From Dehalococcoidia bacterium (lineage in GTDB: Bacteria; Chloroflexota; Dehalococcoidia; Bin125): a stretch of 64,000 nucleotides of DNA. Positions within the stretch are counted from its first letter, which is position 1. The number at the start of each line of letters is the position of its first letter. The stretch is taken from contig OY820591.1 of the NCBI GenBank assembly GCA_963555985.3, positions 2,176,001 through 2,240,000 of the forward strand. The letters run 5' to 3'. Both the position numbers and the translations under genes were made by a program. The notes under the pieces are model-generated. The model did no database searches, was not told the DNA's origin, and saw only the letters and a program-made list of their open reading frames with translations. Positions 15,876 through 27,987 of the stretch are shown one piece after another.

Positions 15876-17573
15876 TTACGTCTGCGGGTCCGCTCTGAGC
15901 CGCTCGGTCGGCTCGCCAGCGGTCCACTCGGCGTGATTCTGGAGGTAGTACTCGTAGGCGTCGGCCAGAGCGAGCCAGGAGGCTTCGATCACGTCGCTGG
16001 AGGAGCCGACCGTGTTCCAGACGCGCTCGCCGTCGGTGGACTCGATCAGAGCGCGAACCTGGGCTTCGGTGCCGGCGTCGGTATCGATGATGCGGACTTT
16101 GTAATCGAGCAGTGAGACTGTGCTGAGCTCCGGGTAGGCCTCTTCGAGACCCTTGCGCGCAGCCTGATCGAGCGCGTTGACGGGGCCGTTGCCGTCAGCT
16201 GTGGTGTGGAACATCTCGTTGCCGACGCGAATCTTGGTCACAGCTTCGGCGAGCATCATCGAGTCCCCGCCGGCGCCCCAGCCGTTCTGTCCACTCTCAG
16301 CGTTGGCAGCGCTCAGAGTCGGTCGGCGGCGTTCGACGACGAGGAAGTCGTCGAGCTCGAAGGGCGCGGCGTAGCCCGGACGGGCGCGCATGGCGAGCAG
16401 CTCAAAGGAGGCTTCCGCCCCCTCGTACTGGAAGCCGCGGCTTTCCATGTGTTTGACCTGTTCGAGCAGTTTGGTCGTCTCGGCTGCGGTGAGCGGGAGG
16501 TCGTGTCCGCGCTCGGCGAGTTTGTAGGCGATGTTGCGCTTGCCGGAGAGCTCCGAGACCAGGACGCGCTGGTCGTTGCCGACCACCTGCGGATCGATGT
16601 GTTGGTAGGTGTTGGGGTCTTTAACGATGGCGGCGACGTGATAGCCGGCCTTATGCGCGAAGGCGGAAGCGCCGACGTAAGGCGATTGCCCGTTGAGAGG
16701 ACGGTTGGCGAGCTCCGCCACGAAGCGGCTGGCGGCGGTGATTTCGCGCAGTTGATCCTCGCGGACGACTTCAATGCCCATCTTGAGCTGGAGATTGGGC
16801 ACAATGCTGGAGAGATTGGCGTTGCCGCAGCGCTCGCCATAGCCGTTGAGGCAGCCCTGCACTTGCTCCACGCCGGCGGCGACGGCGGCGAGACTGTTGG
16901 CGACCGCGAGCTCGCAGTCGTTGTGGGTGTGGATGCCGAGCCGGGCCTCGGGGATCGCCTCGCGCACCGCGAGCACGGCGTCGGCGACCTCGTTGGTCAT
17001 CGCGCCGCCGTTGGTATCACAGAGGATCAGGTAGACGGCGCCGGCGCGATGGGCGGCGCGAAGCACGTTGAGGGTGTAATCGGGGTCTTCGCGGTAACCG
17101 TCGAAGAAGTGCTCGGCGTCGAAGTGGACTTCGCGTCCGAGCGAGGCCATGTAGCCGACCGACTCGCGCACCATCGCCAGGTTCTCTTCACGGGAGGTGT
17201 TGAGAACGCTCTGCACCTGGGAGGCGATCGCCTTGCCGACGAAAGTGACGACGGGGGTTTCGGCTTCCCGCAGGGCGACGATGTTGAAGTCGGTCTCGAC
17301 ATCGGATTCAGGCTTGCGGGTACCGCCGAAGGCGACGAGCTTGGCTTGCTGCAAGGGAGTGGTCTTCATCTGCTCGAAGAAGGCCTTGTCCTTCTCATTC
17401 GAGCCGGGGAATCCGCCCTCGACATAGTGGATGCCGAGCTGGTCGAGGCGGCGGGCGACGGCGATCTTGTCCTGCAAGGAGAAGGCGATGCCCTCCATCT
17501 GAGAACCGTCGCGGAGCAGAGTGTCGTAGAGCACCACGCTAGGCGCAGTGTCAGCTTGGGTTGGGTTGGTCAT
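15876..17573 (-). CDS. cimA: Citramalate synthase
   Basis: DTLLRDGSQ, FDAEHFFDGY, LCDTNGG, HTHND, GYGERCGNANL, SAFAHKAG, LeuA-type regulatory tail GNGPVNALD. Confidence 0.9.
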   Translation of the reverse strand: MTNPTQADTAPSVVLYDTLLRDGSQMEGIAFSLQDKIAVARRLDQLGIHYVEGGFPGSNEKDKAFFEQMKTTPLQQAKLVAFGGTRKPESDVETDFNIVALREAETPVVTFVGKAIASQVQSVLNTSREENLAMVRESVGYMASLGREVHFDAEHFFDGYREDPDYTLNVLRAAHRAGAVYLILCDTNGGAMTNEVADAVLAVREAIPEARLGIHTHNDCELAVANSLAAVAAGVEQVQGCLNGYGERCGNANLSSIVPNLQLKMGIEVVREDQLREITAASRFVAELANRPLNGQSPYVGASAFAHKAGYHVAAIVKDPNTYQHIDPQVVGNDQRVLVSELSGKRNIAYKLAERGHDLPLTAAETTKLLEQVKHMESRGFQYEGAEASFELLAMRARPGYAAPFELDDFLVVERRRPTLSAANAESGQNGWGAGGDSMMLAEAVTKIRVGNEMFHTTADGNGPVNALDQAARKGLEEAYPELSTVSLLDYKVRIIDTDAGTEAQVRALIESTDGERVWNTVGSSSDVIEASWLALADAYEYYLQNHAEWTAGEPTERLRADPQT

Positions 17574-17616
17574 GTCGGGGTCGTCCGTTGGTAGAGGAGA
17601 GGAGTGCTGGGAGCGT

Positions 17617-17703
17617 CTAGCAGCCAATCGCAACCGCCGCGCGATTGGACGCGGCGGCGTAGCGCTCCTTGATCCGTATGACGCTGGCGGTGGCGCCGGT
17701 CAT
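17617..17703 (-). promoter_or_regulatory. Putative 28-aa leader peptide/attenuator of cimA
   Basis: MTGATASVIRIKERYAAASNRAAVAIGC*, GGAGAG RBS, overlapping hairpin CCGCCGCG..CGCGGCGG. Confidence 0.45.
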
Positions 17704-17751
17704 AGGACGACTCACTCTCCACAGAGAGCGTACACCCTCCGACGCTAGCGC

Positions 17752-18924
17752 CTAGTGCCGGAACAGCCGCCGCCCCGTCAGCGCCATCACCATCCCGTAA
17801 CCGTTCGCCGCCTCAATCACGTCCTGATCCGCGATCGAACCCCCCGGCTGCAACACATACTGCGCCGCACTCGCCTGCGCACGATCGATGTTGTCGCGGA
17901 AGGGCACGAAGGCATCATGGCTGAGCACGGTCGAGAATCGCCCGATCCATTCACGACGGCTCTCTGCCGAGAGCGGCCCCGGCCAAGGATCGAGCTGGGC
18001 TTGGAGGCGATCCTGTTCGGGCTGGGAGAGTTCGTGCCAGGCGATGTACTGCTCGCGCGCGGTGAAGCGATCGGGGCGGCGCAGGCCTTTGACGAATTGC
18101 AAGTTGAGCACATCGGGATGCTGCTGGAGCATCCAGCGGTCGGCTTTGGCGCAGGCGATGCGGGTGCAGTGGATGCGGGACTGCTGGCCCGCGCCAAGAC
18201 CAATCACTTGGCCGTCGGCGGCGAGACAGACGGAGTTGGATTGGGTGTACTTGAGCGCGATCGTGGCGATCTTGAGGTCGCGTCGCGCGTCGGCGCTGAA
18301 GTCAGTTCGTTCGGTGACTACGTTGCTGAAGATTGAGTCGTCGATCGGGGTGAGATCGGCGGGCTGCTCCAAGCGCACGCCGAAGAGATCGCGCGCTTCG
18401 CGGTCGGGGGCTGTGAAGAACGGATCCGCCTCGAGCACGAGGTAGCGCCCGCCCTTCTTCTTGGCGAGGATCGCCAGTGCCTCCTGGTCGTAGGCGGGCG
18501 CGATGATGCCGTCCGAGACTTCGCGGCGCAGCACCTGGGCCAGATAGACATCTACGCGGTCGGAGACGGCGGCGAAGTCTCCGTAGGCGGAGACGAGATC
18601 GCCGCCGCGCGCGCGCACGTAGGCGGCGGCGACGGGTGAGAGTTCGCGCTTCTCAACTTGGTAGGCGCGTGTCAAGGACTCGCTGAGCGGGAGTCCGATC
18701 GCCGCGCCAGCCGGGGAGACGTGTTTGAAGGAGGCTCCGGCGGGCAGATCGAAGGCGTCGCGCAGCTCGCTGACGAGTTGCCAGGCGCTGAGCGCGTCGA
18801 GCAGGTTGATGTAGCCGGGCTGACCGTTGAGTACGCGGAAGGGGAGACGCTCAGCGAGCGCCGCGGCAGAGGCGGGTGCCTGATGGGGGTTGAGTCCGTA
18901 GCGGAGCTCGACTGATTCACTCAT
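17752..18924 (-). CDS. purH: AICAR transformylase (PurH-like, no IMP cyclohydrolase domain)
   Basis: LRYGLNPHQ, GYINLLDAL, SFKHVSPAG, KYTQSNSV, GAGQQSRIHC, QPGGS, RLFRH. Confidence 0.88.
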   Translation of the reverse strand: MSESVELRYGLNPHQAPASAAALAERLPFRVLNGQPGYINLLDALSAWQLVSELRDAFDLPAGASFKHVSPAGAAIGLPLSESLTRAYQVEKRELSPVAAAYVRARGGDLVSAYGDFAAVSDRVDVYLAQVLRREVSDGIIAPAYDQEALAILAKKKGGRYLVLEADPFFTAPDREARDLFGVRLEQPADLTPIDDSIFSNVVTERTDFSADARRDLKIATIALKYTQSNSVCLAADGQVIGLGAGQQSRIHCTRIACAKADRWMLQQHPDVLNLQFVKGLRRPDRFTAREQYIAWHELSQPEQDRLQAQLDPWPGPLSAESRREWIGRFSTVLSHDAFVPFRDNIDRAQASAAQYVLQPGGSIADQDVIEAANGYGMVMALTGRRLFRH

Positions 18925-18942
18925 GTGGCAAGGAACCGGCGG

Positions 18943-19824
18943 CTATCCAACGAGATCCTCGAGCGCGGATTCGATTTCGAGGTGTTGGAAGCGGTAGCCG
19001 GAGTCGAGGGTGCGGGTAGGGATGATGCGCTGGCTGGCGAGCAGGACGGAGGCGCCTTCGCCGAGCATCAGCTTGAGCGCGATGGGGGGTACAGGGGCAA
19101 AGGCGGGACGCTTGAGCGCGCGTCCCAGCGCGCGCGAGAAGTCGGCATTGCGGACGGGATGGGGAGCGGTGACGTTGAGCACGCCTTCGACGCCGCTGCT
19201 CTGGAGCGCGTGCATGATCACGCCGACCGCATCTTCAATGTGGACCCAACTCCACCAGGCGCGGCCGAGACCGATCGGGCCGCCCAGACCAAGTTTGAAG
19301 GGCAGCAAGAGTCGTTCGAGCGCGCCTCCATCGGCGGAGAGGATGATCCCAAAGCGCAGGGTGGCGGTGCGGACGCCGGCATTGGAGGCGGCCTCTTCCC
19401 ATTCCTGGCAGAGGCGGGCGAGGAAGTCGTTGCCCGGCGGAGCGGCTTCCGAGCTTTCGCGCTCGACGCGTGAGCCGTAGTAGCCGATCGCGGAGGCGGA
19501 GACGAGCGCGCCCGGTTTTTCGCCGGATTCCTGGATTGCATTCACGACCTGGGCTGTGGACTCAATTCGGCTGTCGCGCAAGGCGGCCTTGCGGGAAGCG
19601 GACCAGCGCTGGTCGACGATGCCCTCACCGGCGAGATGGACGACGCCGGCGGCGCCGGCGACGGCGTCAGTGAGTCCGTCCCAGCCGATCCAGTTGACGC
19701 CGCCGACGGCGGCGTGGGCGCGGGGATTGCGTGAGACTGCGATCACGCTGGTACCGCGCCGGCGCAGCTCCTGTACGAGCGCGCCGCCGATCAGGCCGCT
19801 GGCTCCGGTGACTACCACATGCAT
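18943..19824 (-). CDS. TIGR01777-family NAD-dependent epimerase-like protein
   Basis: GASGLIG, HLAGE, SASAIGYYG, WSWVHIED. Confidence 0.9.
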   Translation of the reverse strand: MHVVVTGASGLIGGALVQELRRRGTSVIAVSRNPRAHAAVGGVNWIGWDGLTDAVAGAAGVVHLAGEGIVDQRWSASRKAALRDSRIESTAQVVNAIQESGEKPGALVSASAIGYYGSRVERESSEAAPPGNDFLARLCQEWEEAASNAGVRTATLRFGIILSADGGALERLLLPFKLGLGGPIGLGRAWWSWVHIEDAVGVIMHALQSSGVEGVLNVTAPHPVRNADFSRALGRALKRPAFAPVPPIALKLMLGEGASVLLASQRIIPTRTLDSGYRFQHLEIESALEDLVG

Positions 19825-19869
19825 CGTGAGCCTCCTCGCGTGCGTCTCTACGACGGTTGGGGTTGCGTG

Positions 19870-20400
19870 CTAGCCGCCCCGGTTCGGCATCACCGGGTCG
19901 AGGCCGTGCATTCCGCGTATGAGGTTGATTTCGCCTCGATGTCCGTTGAGGTGAGTGCAGAGGTGGAGCGTAATCGACTCGCCCAGGGTCTCGGTACGGT
20001 CGCCGAGTTGGATTTCGCGGCTGAGGTCGTCGTCGCTGAGGGAGTCGAGGAAGGCGTGGGTCGACTCGTTGACGGCGTCCTGGTAGGAGCAGAAGGCATC
20101 CATGTCGCCGATGGCGACTGTGGACGCCTCTTCGGTGCTCTGGCCGGTGCCGAAGCCGCGCTCGGGCAGGCCGGTCTTCTCGGCCCAACCACCTTCGCGC
20201 CAGATTTCCTGCTTGCCCTGCCACGCGCCCTGTACGAGCAGGTCTTCGACCCGGGCGGCGTGCCAGAGCACCCAAGCGACGGAGTGGCTTTCGCCGTCGG
20301 GGACGAAGTGAAGCTGTTCGGCGGTCTGTCCCGTGCGAGCGTCACGGAAGCCGCCGTGAATGAAGCTGAGCATGTCCTTGATGTAGCCAACAGCGCTCAT
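19870..20400 (-). CDS. DinB family protein
   Basis: SVAWVLWHAARVED...HLNGHRGEI His triad. Confidence 0.85.
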   Translation of the reverse strand: MSAVGYIKDMLSFIHGGFRDARTGQTAEQLHFVPDGESHSVAWVLWHAARVEDLLVQGAWQGKQEIWREGGWAEKTGLPERGFGTGQSTEEASTVAIGDMDAFCSYQDAVNESTHAFLDSLSDDDLSREIQLGDRTETLGESITLHLCTHLNGHRGEINLIRGMHGLDPVMPNRGG

Positions 20401-20456
20401 CGGACTTCCTTTCGCCGATCGCGGGCGCTCTGAAGCCCGCAGCTGTTTCCAGTCGG

Positions 20457-21293
20457 TCAGCGTCCCGTCGAGCCGGCGCTGTCCGGGTCGTCGTCGCTGG
20501 CGGCGTCCGCGGGCGGGGCGAGTAGATCGACCAGCCGCCGCATGCGCCGGAGCGAGTTTCGGATCCTGTCGATGTCTGCCGGATCGAGGTTGAGCGTAAG
20601 CGCGTCAATGGAGGCCAAGGCAGCGTCCGTCTCGGTGAGTTCGGCACGCGCCGCATCGGCGTCAGCCGGCGATCCCTTCCAAACGAGCGGTCCATCCTCG
20701 TCGGGCAGCAACTCGCTCAGCCGTTCAAGCATTGTCTGCGCCTCGCGGATGCGCTGGAGCGCACGCAGACCGTCGATCGAAGCGCGCAGGAGATCGGAAT
20801 CGTCGGGCGCTTCGGCCTCGTCCTCGTCGGGCGATGCCAAGACCTCTTCGATCTCGCTCAAGACATTGGGGTCAAGCTGGGGCATCTCAGGCGCGGAAGG
20901 CTCCGCTTCGATTGGCGGCTCGAGGCCGAAAGCCTTGCCCAGTTCTTCGGCGATGCGGGGATCGAGGCCGCTCGCCTCGGTGAGGCGCTGGGCCAGTTCT
21001 CGGAGCTGATCCTCACCCACGCCCATTGAGGTGAGCGTCTCGCGGACGAGTCGTTGAACTTCGGCGTGATCCTGTCGGATCAGGGCGTCGGCCAGTTCGA
21101 GTTGGGTCTCGATGGCGCGGAATCCGAGCCGGCGTTGGGTATCGTCGCGCTGGAGTAGGGTGGACATCAAGCGCGTGAAGAGGGTCGTAGTGCGCGCGAT
21201 TCGCATCCGGTCGTCCGGATGCTCGGGAAAGTCGCCGGTGACGGAGACTTCAAAGCCGGTGCGCTTGTCGGTGGCCACGTATTGGTCGGGCAT
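20457..21293 (-). CDS. Hypothetical helical protein
   Basis: Coding-like ORF from MPDQYVATDKRTG, in the same run of minus-strand genes. Confidence 0.7.
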   Translation of the reverse strand: MPDQYVATDKRTGFEVSVTGDFPEHPDDRMRIARTTTLFTRLMSTLLQRDDTQRRLGFRAIETQLELADALIRQDHAEVQRLVRETLTSMGVGEDQLRELAQRLTEASGLDPRIAEELGKAFGLEPPIEAEPSAPEMPQLDPNVLSEIEEVLASPDEDEAEAPDDSDLLRASIDGLRALQRIREAQTMLERLSELLPDEDGPLVWKGSPADADAARAELTETDAALASIDALTLNLDPADIDRIRNSLRRMRRLVDLLAPPADAASDDDPDSAGSTGR

Positions 21294-21303
21294 GAGCTGA
21301 ATC

Positions 21304-22263
21304 CTACCGCCGTGCGGCCGCTTGGGAGAGGAAGCCGCTGACGGCTTCGAGGAAACCGGGCGTGTTTTGGGAGTGCACGTTGTGGCCGCAGTCGGGCACT
21401 TCCACCAGGGCGGCGTTGGGCAGATCGTCGACGAAGCGTTCGGCCGCATCGGCTTCGAGGATGTTGGAGCGTTCACCCCGCACCAGCAGGGTGGGGCCGC
21501 TAAAGGCGTGAAAGCCGTCGGCCACGTCGCGGCGGTCAGCGGCTGGGCGGCGGAAGGAGGGATCGTGGAGGATACGATCCGACTTGCTGACGTATTTGCC
21601 GTCGGAGCGTTGGACGAGGTTGTAGCGCGCGGTTCGCTCCATGTGCTCGCGTGAGCGGAAGGGATCGTAGGCGGCGACACGATCGATGAACTCATCGAGG
21701 TGGTCGAACTCGACGTTGCGGACGACGAAGTTGCGGATCTGCTCAGCACCGCGCTGAGAGACTTCGGGGCCGACGTCGACGAGCACGACCGCCGCCGGCA
21801 GATCGGGGCGGCGAGCGGTGAGGCGCATCGTGACCATGCCGCCCATCGAGTGACCCATCACGATCGGGCGTTGGAGCCTCTCTTCGGCAATCAGGCTGAG
21901 CGCGTCGGAGGCCATCTGGTCGGGGCCGTAGTCGGCGTCGCGGGCCCACTCGCTGTCGCCGTGTCCGCGCTGGTCGAGGGCGAGGATGTGGAAGCGGTCG
22001 GCGAGCTGGAGCGAGACCAGATCCCAGGAATGCGCCGACTGATTGCCGCCGTGCAGGAGCAGCAAGGGCGTCATGCCCGGCTCGCCCCATTCGAGTAGGT
22101 GCAGGCGGAGGTGATTGATCACGACATTGCGCGAGACGTAGCGGATGCTGGGGGAATGCGAAATGCCGAGATCGGCGGCGCTCTCGCAGAGACTGGCGAA
22201 TTCGTCGGTGCTGGTGAGGTCAACCGCTTCGGCGGTTGGGGCGAAGGTGTTCAGATAGGTCAC
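21304..22263 (-). CDS. Alpha/beta hydrolase
   Basis: LLHGG, DQRGHGDS, GHSMGG, CGHNVH; GTG start uncertain. Confidence 0.9.
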   Translation of the reverse strand: MTYLNTFAPTAEAVDLTSTDEFASLCESAADLGISHSPSIRYVSRNVVINHLRLHLLEWGEPGMTPLLLLHGGNQSAHSWDLVSLQLADRFHILALDQRGHGDSEWARDADYGPDQMASDALSLIAEERLQRPIVMGHSMGGMVTMRLTARRPDLPAAVVLVDVGPEVSQRGAEQIRNFVVRNVEFDHLDEFIDRVAAYDPFRSREHMERTARYNLVQRSDGKYVSKSDRILHDPSFRRPAADRRDVADGFHAFSGPTLLVRGERSNILEADAAERFVDDLPNAALVEVPDCGHNVHSQNTPGFLEAVSGFLSQAAARR

Positions 22264-22418
22264 GGCGCTCCCCGGCAAGCTGACCCAGATTCGGCGCGAG
22301 ATCTGCAGCCGCGCTCAGTGTAGCCCGCCCCTCCGCTGCGTCTCCGCAGTGTCGCCGGCGGTTGCAGTCTGTACCCTCTACCCGTTCTCGCATGATCCAG
22401 AGCAGGAAGGACTGAGCG

Positions 22419-23297
22419 ATGGCCTTCGCACACCCCGAGTATCTCGTCTCCACGGACTGGCTGGCGGAGCATCTCAACGATCCCGATGTTCGCGTGTTTG
22501 AATCGACCGTGTTTCTGCGCCCGCGCGACGGGGGCGGCTACCGCGTCGAATCGGGGCGGGCAGAGTATGAGTCGGGGCATATCCCCAATGCGGGATTCCT
22601 CGATCTGCAAGCGGACTTCTCCGACAACGAGCAGCGGCTGCGCTTCATGATGCTGGGGCCCGAGACATTCGCCGAAGCCGCCGGCAGGCACGGCATCTCC
22701 GAATCGTCACGGCTCGTGCTGTACGACCGCCTGGGCAGTATGTGGGCGGCGCGTCTGTGGTGGATGTTCCGCGCGATGGGATGTGAGCAGGCGGCGGTGC
22801 TCGACGGCGGCTGGCGCAAATGGTCGGCAGAGGGTCGCGCGGTGTCAACCGAGGCCGTGAGCTATGCGCCCGCCCGCTTCAGCCCGAACTGGGACCAGCG
22901 CCGTTTCGCAGACCTGGACGAAGTGCGCTCCTTCGTTGAGGGCGGAGGCGACGGTTCGTGTCTGATCAACGCGCTGGGGCGCGATCAGCACAGCGGCGCG
23001 GACGGCGGGCGCACCTATGGCCGCGCCGGACATATCCCGGGTTCGACCAATGTGCCGGCGATGGAGCTGCTCGATCCTGAGACAGGCGCGTACCTACCGG
23101 CGGAGACGCTCGCGGCGCAGTTCGCTGAGGCCGGCGCCGATCCCGCGCAGCGCGTAGTGACGTACTGCGGCGGTGGGATTGCGGCCTCGAACGACGCTTT
23201 CGTCCTGAGTTTGCTCGGCTACGACAATGTGGCGGTGTACGACGCCTCGATGTCGGAATATGCGGCCGATCCGTCGTTGCCGTTGGAGGTGGACTGA
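22419..23297 (+). CDS. Sulfurtransferase (double rhodanese, SseA-like)
   Basis: LVSTDWL, GHIPNA, LDGGWRKW, GHIPGS, YCGGGIAA, YDASMSEY. Confidence 0.92.
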   Translation: MAFAHPEYLVSTDWLAEHLNDPDVRVFESTVFLRPRDGGGYRVESGRAEYESGHIPNAGFLDLQADFSDNEQRLRFMMLGPETFAEAAGRHGISESSRLVLYDRLGSMWAARLWWMFRAMGCEQAAVLDGGWRKWSAEGRAVSTEAVSYAPARFSPNWDQRRFADLDEVRSFVEGGGDGSCLINALGRDQHSGADGGRTYGRAGHIPGSTNVPAMELLDPETGAYLPAETLAAQFAEAGADPAQRVVTYCGGGIAASNDAFVLSLLGYDNVAVYDASMSEYAADPSLPLEVD

Positions 23298-23311
23298 GCG
23301 GTCCCACGCCG

Positions 23312-23430
23312 CCGTCATGCCCGCGCTTGCCGCGGAGCCTGTCCCCGCGAAGGCGGAGACCACTCGCCGTGTTCTACACCGTCGTCGCCAATACATCGAG
23401 ATTGCCGCGACGGAGCGCGGCAATGACGGA
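23312..23430. repeat. GTCAT-type REP doublet (REPIN-like)
   Basis: CCGTCATGCCCGCG...GAGATTGCCGCGACGGAGCGCGGCAATGACGG; related to 7860 and 43293. Confidence 0.8.
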
Positions 23431-23438
23431 GTGAAATC

Positions 23439-25766
<2,328 letters not shown>

Positions 25767-26513
25767 CTAGTCTGCCTCGACCGCTTTCCGCGCCTCTTCG
25801 CAGCGCTGGATGAACGCGACCGTCTCGGCAGCGAAGCGCTCCGGTTCACTGCTGAGCGGGTTGTGACCGCTCTCCTCGAACGTGCGCAGATCCGCGTTGG
25901 GAATCTCACGAGCCATGAACTCCGCGGCGGCGTGAGGCGCGATCGGGTCATGGCGACCATGGAAGATCGCGACGGGAATATCGATGTCCTTGAGCGTTGA
26001 CTCCAGGTCGCACGTCGCGCGCGACTGCTGAGAGCCGCGCCAACAGGCGCGAGTGACGGCGCGGAACGTCTCACCCCAGACCTCGCGTCCGGGAGCATCG
26101 TGATCGGGATCGGTCAGAGGTTGTCCACCGAAGTTCGGGGACGGAGGTCCGCCTACGAGCACGGCCTGCGATACGCGCGCCGATCCGTGCCGGTGCAGAT
26201 AAGCAAGTACGGTGCGCACGCCCAGCGACCAGCCCATGATCGTGACGTCGCGCAGATCGTGCGCGCTGATAAACGCGGCCTGGTCGTCCGCGAATTGCTC
26301 AATGCTGTAGAGCGCATCGTCCGGTGACTCCGACGGCGGGCGTCCGCGATGATTGAGGGCGACACAGTGGAAGCGGTCGCTCAGATCGTCGATCAAGTTC
26401 GCGTAGAGCGACGCATTGCCCTGCGTGCCGTGGACGAAGACGATCGTCGGCGCTTCGGAATTGCTCTGCTCGTGATAGAAGAGACGCAGTCCATTGACCT
26501 GTTCAAAGGGCAT
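25767..26513 (-). CDS. Alpha/beta hydrolase
   Basis: FVHG, GWSLG, HGRHD, SGH. Confidence 0.85.
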   Translation of the reverse strand: MPFEQVNGLRLFYHEQSNSEAPTIVFVHGTQGNASLYANLIDDLSDRFHCVALNHRGRPPSESPDDALYSIEQFADDQAAFISAHDLRDVTIMGWSLGVRTVLAYLHRHGSARVSQAVLVGGPPSPNFGGQPLTDPDHDAPGREVWGETFRAVTRACWRGSQQSRATCDLESTLKDIDIPVAIFHGRHDPIAPHAAAEFMAREIPNADLRTFEESGHNPLSSEPERFAAETVAFIQRCEEARKAVEAD

Positions 26514-26582
26514 CGGTTTACTCTCGTTCGCTAGCCTGCGCGCGGTTTGAGGCTGCGCGCATCATTCCGTTTGGGGGATGGT

Positions 26583-27653
26583 ATGACCTTGATCACCGAG
26601 CTTGATACGCCCGCCCTGCTGGTCGATCTCGATGCGCTCGAACACAACGCCTCGCTGATGGCGCAGCGCTGCGCCGAGGCGGGCATTGCCTGGCGGCCTC
26701 ACGTCAAAGCGTGCAAGGCTCCGGCGATGGCGCTGCGGCTGATCGCATCAGGCGCGGTCGGGGTGACCTGCGCCAAGGCGTCCGAAGCGATGGCGATGGC
26801 CCAGGGCGGCGTCGGCGACATCCTGATCGCGAATGAGGTCGTGGGCACGCAGAAGGTCGGCCGATTGATTGAGGTGGCCAAGCTCGCCACTGTCGCCGTC
26901 GCCGTCGATGACGCCGACAACCTGCGCGAGATCGCAGCTGCTGCCGATGCGGCCGGAGTCGCTGTCGATGTGCTCGTCGATATCGATGTCAATTTGCATC
27001 GCTGCGGCGTCGAACCAGCGGCCGCTCCGAGCCTCTGCGCGCTGACCGAGGATCTGCCCGGCGTGCGCTTGTGTGGCCTCATGGGCTACGAAGGTCACGT
27101 GATGGGTCTCCCGCCGGATGAGAAACAGCGAGAGACGGCGATCTCAGCCGCGATTCTCAGCGAAGCCCGCGATCTCTGCGAGGCCAACGGACATGAACTC
27201 GGCGTCCTCTCGGGCGGGGGCAGCGGGAACTATCGCTACGTATTGGAGCAGCGAACCCTGACCGAACTGCAAGCCGGGGGCGCAGCGCTGATGGACGTGA
27301 CCTACGAGCAGATGGGCGTGGCGGGTCACCATCGCGCGCTCAGCCTGGTCTGCCAGGTGGTCAGCGCGACCAGCGCGGGACGCGCGGCGGGAGACGCCGG
27401 CTGGAAGGCCACCGGCCGTCACACGGGTCTCCCGCTCGCAGTCGAACCGCCCGGAGTCTCCTGCGTCGGCCTCAGCGCGGAGCACACCCATCTCACCGTC
27501 GAAGAAGGACAAGAACTGCACGTGGGCGACCGCGTTCGGATGATTCCGCACTACTCGGACAGCACTGTCCTCCTCCATCGCCAGCTCTACGCCGTGCGCG
27601 GCGAGGAGGTAGAAGAGGTCTGGGAGATCACGGGGGCGGGAGCGCTGCACTGA
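26583..27653 (+). CDS. DSD1/D-threonine aldolase-like fold III PLP enzyme
   Basis: TPALLVDL, WRPHVK, RCGV, MGYEGH, GGGSG, SAEH. Confidence 0.9.
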   Translation: MTLITELDTPALLVDLDALEHNASLMAQRCAEAGIAWRPHVKACKAPAMALRLIASGAVGVTCAKASEAMAMAQGGVGDILIANEVVGTQKVGRLIEVAKLATVAVAVDDADNLREIAAAADAAGVAVDVLVDIDVNLHRCGVEPAAAPSLCALTEDLPGVRLCGLMGYEGHVMGLPPDEKQRETAISAAILSEARDLCEANGHELGVLSGGGSGNYRYVLEQRTLTELQAGGAALMDVTYEQMGVAGHHRALSLVCQVVSATSAGRAAGDAGWKATGRHTGLPLAVEPPGVSCVGLSAEHTHLTVEEGQELHVGDRVRMIPHYSDSTVLLHRQLYAVRGEEVEEVWEITGAGALH

Positions 27654-27706
27654 GAGCGGCGTGACGACTAACCGGCTAGCGCCGAATTCGAGGATTGGCT
27701 CGGTAG

Positions 27707-27913
27707 TCATCGAAGCTCGAACGAGCCGCGATCTAGCGCCGACTCATCCATGTATGACCGGAGAGCAGCTCGCAGTTCCGAGTCCTTGTCCACCGCCCGG
27801 CGCAAGTCGGCGGTCACGTCCAGTAGAAATTCGAGGTTCGAGGCGAAGCCGTCGTCGATCGGTTCGCGCTCTGATCCTTCCGGCGCATGAGGGTCAGTTC
27901 GTTTGCTCGTCAT
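27707..27913 (-). CDS. Hypothetical small acidic protein (antitoxin-like?)
   Basis: 68-aa ORF with GGGAAG RBS; stop overlaps an ATG whose frame runs antisense into the upstream gene. Confidence 0.45.
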   Translation of the reverse strand: MTSKRTDPHAPEGSEREPIDDGFASNLEFLLDVTADLRRAVDKDSELRAALRSYMDESALDRGSFELR

Positions 27914-27987
27914 GACTCTTCCCCCCCACGCTCCGGTGGTAGCTGGTTGGGGTAGGATTTGGACGTTGAGCGGGAGAGGATCGCGCG

